Shown: one piece after another, positions 56,456 to 64,000 of the stretch | Layout of the letters: the number at the start of each line of letters is the position of its first letter | How positions within the stretch are numbered: the first letter of the stretch is position 1 | Source: Candidatus Thorarchaeota archaeon | Lineage (GTDB): Archaea; Asgardarchaeota; Thorarchaeia; Thorarchaeales; Thorarchaeaceae | Reading direction: 5' to 3' | DNA: 64,000 nucleotides | Assembly (NCBI GenBank): GCA_046482545.1 | Contig: JAWOEX010000022.1 | Span: 32,001-96,000 of the forward strand | Notes under the pieces: generated by a model | What the model saw: the letters and a program-made list of their open reading frames with translations, nothing else | The model's database searches: none | What the model was told of the DNA's origin: nothing | Made by a program: the position numbers and the translations under genes

Positions 56456-57087
56456 CAGCGCGCCCAGAATCCACCCTCTTCTTCCTCTTCCTCGGTTTCT
56501 TCTGGTTCTGCTTTTTCAACAAGCTTGGCGAAGTCTGCATGAACTCTTATCGGGATTGTATGTGGGCTATCAAGCAATTCTAGAATAAGTTCTCCTTTTG
56601 CTGATTCTACTCTCACTACCTTAGCCCGTTCCCCCTTGAACGCTCCAGAAATAATCTCAACAAGGTCCCCTACTGAAATTCCTTCTGCAGCAGGTGGGGG
56701 TACAAGGAACTTGTCAATTTCTTCCAATGTTACCTTTCCACCGACACGCCCTCGTACGTGGGGAATCCCCTGAATTGCCAATTCTACATCTCTGAACTCC
56801 ATTGTTTCAAGGAAAATATAACCCCTCAGAGTGCCCGGAACTAGAACCGCTTTAACCCGTCCTTGTAGTTTATTCTCTGACACCAGCTTAGGAGTGCTTT
56901 CTCCTTCCGCCTGGTCGCATTCCTGTATATGCTCTCCTGCCTCTTTCTTTGAATCAAATTCCCTTTTGCAGAATGGGCATACCCAGATATCCTTTGCACT
57001 GGTTACGGCAGTAGTGATTAGATCCGCAACACTCTTCTCCTGCCCAATTGTAGTTCGTACTGCGTAGATATTGCCAGTGGACTGCAT
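56455..57087 (-). CDS. spt5: transcription elongation factor Spt5 (NusG) with inserted C2HC zinc finger
   Basis: YAVRTT.GQE..VA, LRGYIF.E and KOW GDLVEIISGAFKGE.A.V; insertion CPFC-x12-H-x3-C. Confidence 0.93.
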   Translation of the reverse strand: MQSTGNIYAVRTTIGQEKSVADLITTAVTSAKDIWVCPFCKREFDSKKEAGEHIQECDQAEGESTPKLVSENKLQGRVKAVLVPGTLRGYIFLETMEFRDVELAIQGIPHVRGRVGGKVTLEEIDKFLVPPPAAEGISVGDLVEIISGAFKGERAKVVRVESAKGELILELLDSPHTIPIRVHADFAKLVEKAEPEETEEEEEEGGFWAR

Positions 57088-57131
57088 ATACAAAACCTCC
57101 AAGGTTGGTGGATTAATACCTCTTAGTCGGA

Positions 57132-57308
57132 TTATTGCCAGTTTTGAGTTACGATTGCCATCAAGGTTTGGATTATGAAGGCTAAGAAACCTACGAGAAC
57201 CATGGCTAGCAGACTGATTCTCGCACTCAACCACATTTCGTCCTTAGATGGCTTCGTAGATAGCTTCAAGATTCGTCGCGCTTCACGAATGAAATCTGCT
57301 ATACCCAT
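57132..57308 (-). CDS. secE: protein translocase subunit SecE (Sec61 gamma)
   Basis: Not in the ORF track. Manual translation: MGIADFIREARRILKLSTKPSKDEMWLSARISLLAMVLVGFLAFIIQTLMAIVTQNWQ. Canonical ftsZ-secE-spt5 order. Confidence 0.93.
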   Translation of the reverse strand: MGIADFIREARRILKLSTKPSKDEMWLSARISLLAMVLVGFLAFIIQTLMAIVTQNWQ

Positions 57309-57408
57309 CTTTATTCACGTCGCTGTTAGCAATTACCTCTCGGTCGGTGACCTTCATCGTTGCCAATCAAGATTCTCTTTTAATGCTTTCTGAGTATACA
57401 GTACGAGG

Positions 57409-58551
57409 TTACTCTATTCTTGGAAGGTCTAAGTCACCTTTCAGGTCTTCAGCTAGCGGCGTTACTGGTTCAGAACGTGAATTAATAATCCATGGAGATT
57501 TGACGCCAGAGGCGATTACGGTGACTCGCAGCTTATTCTCCATTTCAGGCTGGATAAGCGCACCATAGATAACTTCAGCATTTGGATTAACCTGCTCAGT
57601 TATCAGTTCCACAACATGTTTTGCTTCCTGTAGCTGGAGATCGGTACTTCCACTCACATTGATCAGTATATTTCTTGCATTCTCTATTGACACATCTATC
57701 AATGGATTGCGCAATGCATTGAAGACGGCTTCGTCTGCTCTATCTTCTCCTTCGCCTTCACCTAAAGCGATTATCGAGACTCCTCCATTCTTCATGGTTG
57801 TGCGAACATCAGCGAAATCGAGGTTGACAAGCCCGGGCCTAGATATGAGCTCAGCTATCCCTTTCACCGCCCTAACAAGAATCTCATCAGCAACCATGAA
57901 CGCCTCAGGTAATGACAAATCAGGTGCAATCTCCAAAAGCTTCTCGTTTGGTATTGCTATCAGGGTGTCTACATGTTCCATTAGATCATTGAGTCCGCGT
58001 TGGGCATTCTTCTTTCGTGTTCTTCCTTCTACTTCAAAGGGCAAACATACAATGGCGACAGTTAATGCTCCGTTTTCTTTCGCAGCTTTAGCAATATGAG
58101 GAGCTGCACCCGTTCCAGTCCCGCCACCCATGCCCGCAGTTATGAAAACTAAATCCCCGCCAATGACCTCCTGCATTACATCATATGTTTCAACAGCGGC
58201 TGCCTCACCTAGATCGGGATCATTTCCTGCACCCAACCCTCCGCAGGTTTCCTTTCCTAATAGTAGCTTGTGATGGGAATTTGAGAAGTAAAGGTCTTGG
58301 GCATCTGTGTTAACGGCCATAGTCTCAGCCCCTTCCACTCCTACTTCCATCAATCTAGTGACTGCATTGTTGCCTGCTCCACCAACACCAACTACGAGAA
58401 TTCTTGCACTGGCTGTTTCGAGTAATTCTGCAAGCTCATCGTCACTGGTGGAAGATTGAACATGTGTTCTCTTGCCCCTCGTTCTTCTAGGGTCTTCGCT
58501 ATTCGGCGATTCGTTTAAAACTCCTTCAACAAGCGGATGCATCAATGTCAC
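57409..58551 (-). CDS. ftsZ: cell division protein FtsZ (FtsZ1-type context)
   Basis: [38 protein letters not shown]. Confidence 0.97.
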   Translation of the reverse strand: MTLMHPLVEGVLNESPNSEDPRRTRGKRTHVQSSTSDDELAELLETASARILVVGVGGAGNNAVTRLMEVGVEGAETMAVNTDAQDLYFSNSHHKLLLGKETCGGLGAGNDPDLGEAAAVETYDVMQEVIGGDLVFITAGMGGGTGTGAAPHIAKAAKENGALTVAIVCLPFEVEGRTRKKNAQRGLNDLMEHVDTLIAIPNEKLLEIAPDLSLPEAFMVADEILVRAVKGIAELISRPGLVNLDFADVRTTMKNGGVSIIALGEGEGEDRADEAVFNALRNPLIDVSIENARNILINVSGSTDLQLQEAKHVVELITEQVNPNAEVIYGALIQPEMENKLRVTVIASGVKSPWIINSRSEPVTPLAEDLKGDLDLPRIE

Positions 58552-58643
58552 CTATTTCGGACTGTTAATATCCAGATGTCATTGAAACAAAAACCAGAAT
58601 ATTCTCCGGGTATTATACCCATGTGACCAGTTCCATCTACAAA

Positions 58644-59579
58644 TTATCTGAAAGTTCGTAGAATTGAATCCATGTTGATTCCATACTGAGAAAGCAGTTC
58701 GTATGTCTGTTTCAGGGTTGGTCCATTCTGTGCACCAGGTTCCTTGATTGTCAATGCAGCTACTGCATTGCCCATGTGTAAAGCCAGTTCGATATCCTCA
58801 GATCTGGTCCAAGCCGTTATGAATCCCGCTGCAAACGAGTCTCCAGCACCGAGCGTATCTGTTACTGAGACTTCAAATGCTCTTGAGCTATAGATATCGA
58901 ATCCGTCTGTCGCCATTGTACCATCTTTCCCTCGTTTGAGTATGACTATACCCGGCAGCTCCTTGCCAAGCTTCTTGAGATTTGTTTCTGTGAGTTCCAC
59001 ATTGAAGTATCTACTGAGCTCCTCATCATTCAGAAAAAGAAGATCTACATACGGCAAGACAGTCGAGAAATCAATATTCCCGGCTTCACGTCCGGGGTCT
59101 AATGATAGCACAATTCCTTCTGAAGTCGCTATTCTGGCGGCCTCCGATATGATATTTGGAAAACCACCAGCAATGTGAATAGTCCTAGCAGTTGCAACCT
59201 TTTTCCTTTTTAGGGTGATTTCTTCGAGATGTTGGTTGGCCCCTGCTTCTGCAATTACAAAGCTTGCTTGTTTATCCTTTCTTACAAGAAAAAAGAGACC
59301 AGTGGATTGACCCGCAATGGACTGAACCATGCTAGTGTCAACCCCGTTCTCAGAGATTGTCTTGACTGCATCTCGGCCGTAGAAATCATCTCCAACGCAT
59401 GCAATTAGTTTGGTCTTCACTCCCAGACGAGCAGAGTGCACCGCGAAGTTCGCAGCTGACCCCCCAATAGATACACTGCTGGACTTCGCCATCGTATGCT
59501 GTGCATCTTTTGGGAGCTCGTCGATATCCATCATGAGGTCAATATTGACCCGGCCAATGGATACAGTCTCTACACCCAA
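58644..59579 (-). CDS. PfkB/ribokinase-family carbohydrate kinase
   Basis: GGSAAN.A...RLG, VGDD..G, N..E, DTLGAGDSF.AGF. Confidence 0.92.
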   Translation of the reverse strand: MGVETVSIGRVNIDLMMDIDELPKDAQHTMAKSSSVSIGGSAANFAVHSARLGVKTKLIACVGDDFYGRDAVKTISENGVDTSMVQSIAGQSTGLFFLVRKDKQASFVIAEAGANQHLEEITLKRKKVATARTIHIAGGFPNIISEAARIATSEGIVLSLDPGREAGNIDFSTVLPYVDLLFLNDEELSRYFNVELTETNLKKLGKELPGIVILKRGKDGTMATDGFDIYSSRAFEVSVTDTLGAGDSFAAGFITAWTRSEDIELALHMGNAVAALTIKEPGAQNGPTLKQTYELLSQYGINMDSILRTFR

Positions 59580-59591
59580 ATATCCCGCCTC

Positions 59592-60515
59592 TCACATCAA
59601 CAATGCGAGAATCGCTTTCTGAGCGTGCAGTCGGTTTTCTGCTTGATCGAAAACAACAGAGTGTGGTCCATCCATTACCTCACTTGTGATTTCTTCCTCA
59701 CGATGGGCTGGCAAGCAATGCATAACAATCACGTCTGGCTTAGCATGACTCACCAAATCCTTATTGATCTGGAATGGCATCAGTCTCTCTGTTTCTTCCT
59801 TCGTTCTATCCTCCCCCATGCTAAAGAAGGTATCAGTATAGATGATATCAGCGTCCTTTACCGCCTCAACAGGGTCATTGACAATCTTAAGATCTGTACC
59901 ATGTTTCTCGCTGAGCTCCTCTGCTCGCTTCATTATCTCTTTTTCTGGGGTATGACCCTTGGGGGATCCGATGGTAACGTCCATTCCCATAATGGTACAG
60001 CCCTGCATGATGGAATTACTGACGTTATTCGAATCGCCAACATACGTAATCTTCAACCCTTCCAGCTCGCCTTTGTTCTCTTCTATTGTGAACAAATCGG
60101 CAGTAATTTGGCATGGGTGAAGGAAGTCAGTCAGACCGTTTATCACGGGAACCGTGCTATGCTCGGCAAGTCCTGTAATCTCGCTGTGTGCGTATACACG
60201 GGCCATAATACCTTCACAATATCTGCTCAGCACTTTTGCTGTATCACCAATTGTCTCCCCGCGTGCTAGCTGTGTTCCACTCTTGCCCAGATATAGGGCG
60301 TGGCCACCGAGCTGAGTCATGCCCACTTCGAACGAAGTGCGAGTGCGCGTACTTGACTTCATAAAAACCATCGCGAGACTAGATCCCTTAAGAATCGGAT
60401 GGGGCTCTCCTTTCTTGAGCTTCTCTTTCAATTCATAGCTCTTGTCGAGTATTTTTCTAAGATCGTTTCGCTGCCAGTTGTACAAATCAACAAAATGTCT
60501 TCCTTTCAGACTCAC
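59592..60515 (-). CDS. argF: ornithine carbamoyltransferase
   Basis: SSTRTR.SFE, HPCQ..AD, YTD...SMG, HCLPAHR, QAENR.H. Confidence 0.96.
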   Translation of the reverse strand: MSLKGRHFVDLYNWQRNDLRKILDKSYELKEKLKKGEPHPILKGSSLAMVFMKSSTRTRTSFEVGMTQLGGHALYLGKSGTQLARGETIGDTAKVLSRYCEGIMARVYAHSEITGLAEHSTVPVINGLTDFLHPCQITADLFTIEENKGELEGLKITYVGDSNNVSNSIMQGCTIMGMDVTIGSPKGHTPEKEIMKRAEELSEKHGTDLKIVNDPVEAVKDADIIYTDTFFSMGEDRTKEETERLMPFQINKDLVSHAKPDVIVMHCLPAHREEEITSEVMDGPHSVVFDQAENRLHAQKAILALLM

Positions 60516-60625
60516 GGTTATTCCCTCTAAACTAAATGCGTCTAACCGAAATGAATTCTCAAGAATAAATAAACATGTTCACATCGTCATTTTCTGTTCT
60601 CTTCATCAGAAAGATGAGTGTCTTG

Positions 60626-60832
60626 ATAACCCGTTTCATACAGTTCAGCAAACTGCGTGAAACTTCTGTGTCCATCCTTCCTCTGCCAAGGTCGCCGATT
60701 TCAAGGCTATCCAATACGCCCTTGAGTTAGCAGGGGCTTTGTCTGTGTTCGCTGGAATAGGATACCTCTTACAATCCGGGTTTCCTTCCACTGTCATCGG
60801 GAGTGTTGACCCGGGATGACGATGGGGGAAGG
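60626..60832. repeat. copy C (truncated, with internally inverted hairpin) of the structured element
   Basis: ataacccgtttcatacagttcagcaaactgcgtgaaacttctgtg...gcaggggctttgtc matches copies A and B. 60790-60826 is the reverse complement of their gtcatcccgggtcaacactccc hairpin. Confidence 0.75.
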
Positions 60833-60844
60833 TAGTGTCATTTG

Positions 60845-61750
60845 TTAACCTACAAGTCTCTCAGCAAACCATTCCGGATTGAATTTCCTGAGGTCTTTGT
60901 ATCCCTGCCCAATACCGACATATACGATTGGTTTCCCGGTAATGTATGTAATGGATAATGCGGCACCCCCGGAGGGATCAGCATCAATCTTTGTTAGAAT
61001 AGCTCCATCAATTCCGATGGCCTTGTGGAACTCCTTAGCCTGGGATGCTGCATCATTTCCTGCAAGGGCATCACCCACAAAAAGTTTCAAATCTGGTTCT
61101 GAAACTCTTGCTATCTTTTTCATCTCTTCAAGCAGGTTCTTGTTGCTCTGCATTCGCCCCGCAGTATCTATCAATACCACATCAAGACCTTTTGCTTTGG
61201 CATGTGCAACGGCGTCATATGCAATGGCTGCAGCGTCACTTCCATAATCCTGCTTTATCACTCTCACACCTAGTCGATCAGCATGCCGTTGGAGTTGTTC
61301 TATGCTGCCAGCACGAAATGTGTCGGCTGCTGCAATAACAACGGAGAAATCATAACCTTTGAAGACGTGAGCCATTTTTGCTAATGTTGTTGTTTTGCCT
61401 GTGCCATTCACACCAACGAAAAGAATTGTTGTGCTTTCTCCCTGCTCCTTGCGTTCTTTTGCGAATTCTAAGATGTCCAATGGCTCCTCAGGTTCAAGTA
61501 CTTCAAGAACAGAATCATAAACCGCTTTCTGAAATAGCTTGGTAAGATTCTCGAGTCTTCCAGTTCTTTTGCCCAGTAATTTTTGTTTTGTTAACTCACA
61601 TATACGTTCAGCAACTTCCACCGCAACATCATTCTGTATAAGTACTAGCTGCAATTCCCAAACCACATCAGAGAGATTCTCCTCATTCAGTTCTCTTGTG
61701 GTGGCCTTGGTAACTGCAGTATCAATTGCGCTGCGGAGATTGTCAAACAA
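60845..61750 (-). CDS. ftsY: SRP receptor FtsY
   Basis: GVNGTGKTTT, DTFRAG, DTAGRM, TKIDAD, G.GQ.Y.DL. TTG start at (M)FDNL. Confidence 0.96.
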   Translation of the reverse strand: MFDNLRSAIDTAVTKATTRELNEENLSDVVWELQLVLIQNDVAVEVAERICELTKQKLLGKRTGRLENLTKLFQKAVYDSVLEVLEPEEPLDILEFAKERKEQGESTTILFVGVNGTGKTTTLAKMAHVFKGYDFSVVIAAADTFRAGSIEQLQRHADRLGVRVIKQDYGSDAAAIAYDAVAHAKAKGLDVVLIDTAGRMQSNKNLLEEMKKIARVSEPDLKLFVGDALAGNDAASQAKEFHKAIGIDGAILTKIDADPSGGAALSITYITGKPIVYVGIGQGYKDLRKFNPEWFAERLVG

Positions 61751-61754
61751 ACAT

Positions 61755-62189
61755 CTATTCCTCCAGTTGCTGCATCTGAGCAACCAGTTGTCGAATCTGA
61801 ACGTTGAGTGCCTCTGCCTGTGTGACTAGCTTCTCATATTGAGCGGATAGGGAACCAGCTCGCTCTTCCAATTGGGACAATGAATCTTCTACCGATGCCT
61901 TTGCTTCTTGGGCATCTTGCTCTATTCGAACACCGCTTCCGACATCACGTATTACAGTTTCAGCATCCAGCAAGCGAGCTCTTACAAATATGTTCCCTCC
62001 TATGTTCATCAACATATCCTCGCCAGCATCCTTGTCTTCAATCTTCTTGAGGACTTCAAGACCCGCTCTGTAGTTCTGTAGATACGCCTGAAGCAGCTCT
62101 ATACGCTCTTGTAGTGCATTGGCGTTCGACTCGGCCATTTGCTGTTGGGCATATAGCTGTTGCAGTTGTTCTTGCTTTTCTTGACTCAT
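61755..62189 (-). CDS. pfdA: prefoldin alpha subunit
   Basis: Coiled-coils flanking the IGGNIFV.A...VGSGV.IE beta-hairpins; conserved operon position. Confidence 0.92.
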   Translation of the reverse strand: MSQEKQEQLQQLYAQQQMAESNANALQERIELLQAYLQNYRAGLEVLKKIEDKDAGEDMLMNIGGNIFVRARLLDAETVIRDVGSGVRIEQDAQEAKASVEDSLSQLEERAGSLSAQYEKLVTQAEALNVQIRQLVAQMQQLEE

Positions 62190-62431
62190 TCGAATTCACT
62201 CTCGATTCCTAGTATCCTACGAATCTCCAGATCGGTGACTTCTTCAGATTCTATCTCTTCTATTTCCGCAAATTCGATGTTTCTTCTTTTCACCCTGTGT
62301 CGGCTACCCACCTCGGAGAGAATTTTCTCCTCTACGTGAGACGGTTTTGGGGCTATCACTTCTTTCTCAAAGCGAAATGTCCTGCCTTTCTTGTTGTATT
62401 TTCCTTTTGCACGCCAAATTTTCGGACTCAT
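62186..62431 (-). CDS. rplX: 50S ribosomal protein eL20 (L18a/LX)
   Basis: F.KEV.A....V.EKI.S..GSRHRVKR..I. Confidence 0.9.
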   Translation of the reverse strand: MSPKIWRAKGKYNKKGRTFRFEKEVIAPKPSHVEEKILSEVGSRHRVKRRNIEFAEIEEIESEEVTDLEIRRILGIESEFE

Positions 62432-62451
62432 TAGAATCACCTTGTTCTATG

Positions 62452-63117
62452 CTATACGAAACCTAATACCTGACTCAAATGAGCCAGTTCGACACCAGTT
62501 GTATCAGAGCCTGTAATCATGCCGTCAGAGTTAGCTACTACACCTAGACTGGTATAAGGGCTCCCTCTGTTTACCGTCGCTACTTCAACATGCACTTTTA
62601 ATATCTCGGATATTTGCTGAATCTCTGATTCTGTGGCCAGCGGGTGTGTCACCGCCCCAACATTCGTTGCGGTAGTGGTAGCTCCAACTATGGGAAGACC
62701 AGCAGTTTTTCCTGCTACTACTTCCACATCCAGCACATCTTCCATTCTTTTTCTTGTTGAATCATGAAACTGAGGGTGACAAAGTGCACCCTTGTCATTA
62801 CAGAGAATGACATTACCCAAAGCTGTAATCTTGCTGTCAATCCATTCCACAGGAAGGTCTGTAGCCTCTCTGATTGTCTGCATCTCTTCGTCTGTAATAG
62901 TATAGGGAACCAGAATACCAGACGAATTCGCAGCTGTTACGAGCCCAACAGCGTCAATCGTGGCTACAGTTGACTGAATTAGTGGTAAGTTGAAAATACG
63001 CTCAATGGCATCCATTGACTTGGGCGACATATTTGGTGATGTGAAGACCATTCTGTCTGTGCTTATTCCAAAAGCACCGACGTTAGGATCGCCCTCAAAA
63101 TTTAGCCGGGCGATCAT
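62452..63117 (-). CDS. eif6: translation initiation factor aIF-6
   Basis: PNVG.F, ALGNVILCNDKGAL.HP, TVNRGS, G..TTG.EL. Confidence 0.95.
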   Translation of the reverse strand: MIARLNFEGDPNVGAFGISTDRMVFTSPNMSPKSMDAIERIFNLPLIQSTVATIDAVGLVTAANSSGILVPYTITDEEMQTIREATDLPVEWIDSKITALGNVILCNDKGALCHPQFHDSTRKRMEDVLDVEVVAGKTAGLPIVGATTTATNVGAVTHPLATESEIQQISEILKVHVEVATVNRGSPYTSLGVVANSDGMITGSDTTGVELAHLSQVLGFV

Positions 63118-63123
63118 CTTGGA

Positions 63124-63630
63124 CTACCCCTCTGCAAGATACACTCGAACAAGATTCTCCGCATCTTTCGTTGCTCTAATTCTGACTTTTCTAGGCGGTT
63201 TCTCAATCCCACGAGACCAAATCTTCTGGTTCACTTCTTGTTCAATGAGCAGGAATTCAGGCTTCATGTGCCGTTCAACAAACTGTTTGACTTCCTTGAC
63301 TGCTCTATTTGCTCTCTTTCGTTTGCTACCGCTCCAGTACACTTTCCGCAAGGGAACAGTATAGATTCGCTCATCAATGATTTCTTCTTCCGGAAGTACT
63401 TCTTCCGTTGGTTCGAGCTCTTCTTCTATCTCGCCCTCAATCTCTTCAACTGGGGCCTCAATATCTTCGAGCCCTTTAATCTCGTCGAGGTCACCCATCT
63501 CTTCGTCTTCTAGGTCAAGACCTTCGATTTCTTCTAGCTCTTCATCTTCCAGCTCTTCTAATTCTTCTGCTTGGTCAGTTTCAGGTTCTTCTGGAACTTC
63601 ATCTCCTGAAGTCTCTTCCGGTGGACTCAA
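63124..63630 (-). CDS. rpl31e: 50S ribosomal protein eL31 with a long acidic N-terminal extension
   Basis: ERIYTVPL...KRA.RAV...F..RHM...N..IW.RGIEKPP.KVR preceded by about 85 D/E-rich residues. Confidence 0.93.
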   Translation of the reverse strand: MSPPEETSGDEVPEEPETDQAEELEELEDEELEEIEGLDLEDEEMGDLDEIKGLEDIEAPVEEIEGEIEEELEPTEEVLPEEEIIDERIYTVPLRKVYWSGSKRKRANRAVKEVKQFVERHMKPEFLLIEQEVNQKIWSRGIEKPPRKVRIRATKDAENLVRVYLAEG

Positions 63631-63645
63631 TATCTACAACTCCTG

Positions 63646-63801
63646 TTACGGTTTCAGTTTAGTCCGTCGCCAATTCCGTTGAGCGGGTGTCCTTCGCACT
63701 TTTCCGTCCGTCTTAAGGACTACCCACGTAGGAACTGAGCTATTGGACTTCATTGCTTTTGCCATTCTCAGTTTCTTTCCAAGCGGTTTGTTTCTCGCCA
63801 T
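63646..63801 (-). CDS. rpl39e: 50S ribosomal protein eL39
   Basis: Not in the ORF track. Manual translation: [51 protein letters not shown]. Confidence 0.96.
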   Translation of the reverse strand: MARNKPLGKKLRMAKAMKSNSSVPTWVVLKTDGKVRRTPAQRNWRRTKLKP

Positions 63802-63824
63802 TCTGAAGCACCTTGATTATCATT

Positions 63825-64000
63825 TTATCTGAATTTGATTTTTCTCTCTCTTCCCTTGCCTTGGAGCTGTTTGAGAAGTGATTTGAGCTTCTCGTCGTCG
63901 ATTCTGCCTTTCAGACGACCTGAGCTCGCAATCTGAATCAACTGCATTTCAATCTGCTCTGCAAATTGAGGCTTGACCAGTTTGATATTGGAGAGTCGTT
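63825..64000 (-). CDS. PDCD5-family DNA-binding protein (C-terminal part; start outside window)
   Basis: Manual translation: [45 protein letters not shown]...KIKFR. Confidence 0.9.
   Translation of the reverse strand, partial: RLSNIKLVKPQFAEQIEMQLIQIASSGRLKGRIDDEKLKSLLKQLQGKGRERKIKFR

Noticed and set aside
1-64000. CRISPR array, transposase/integrase, prophage, or Sec/Pyl readthrough
   Set aside because: I saw no regularly spaced repeats and no recombinase or viral hallmark ORFs. No gene appears split at an in-frame TGA/TAG with homology continuing beyond it.

Overview
A 64-kb stretch of archaeal housekeeping chromosome. It is most likely from an Asgard archaeon, and Thorarchaeia-like by inference from gene content: three roadblock/LC7 genes with an MglA-type GTPase, a ribophorin-I-like OST subunit beside an Alg7/AglH-like GPT, FtsZ1, TopoVI and eukaryote-type r-proteins. 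It carries about 65 CDSs for translation, ribosome biogenesis, SRP, DNA repair and replication, tRNA modification, glycine cleavage and ADP-forming acyl-CoA ligase. There are four minus-strand tRNAs (Gln-TTG, Leu-GAG, Thr-CGT with a non-canonical T-loop intron, Arg-TCT with a canonical intron) and a likely box C/D guide RNA. I found no CRISPR array, transposase or prophage. The most striking unexplained signal is a family of highly structured, protein-less intergenic elements in four same-orientation copies: two complete ~540-bp copies, one truncated copy with an internally flipped hairpin, and one end-only relic. They have conserved hairpin ends and compensatory base changes, and resemble a non-autonomous IS200/IS605-type element carrying an omega-RNA-like scaffold, or a new mobile ncRNA. 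Other oddities are a Spt5 with an inserted C2HC zinc finger, a DOMON/FKBP/Ig/ribophorin-I fusion, a protein apparently built from four AAA-lid-like repeats, two obligatory non-canonical (probably CTG) start codons and a SAMP-like protein with a masked diglycine. All calls come from motif recognition by eye; no searches were run.
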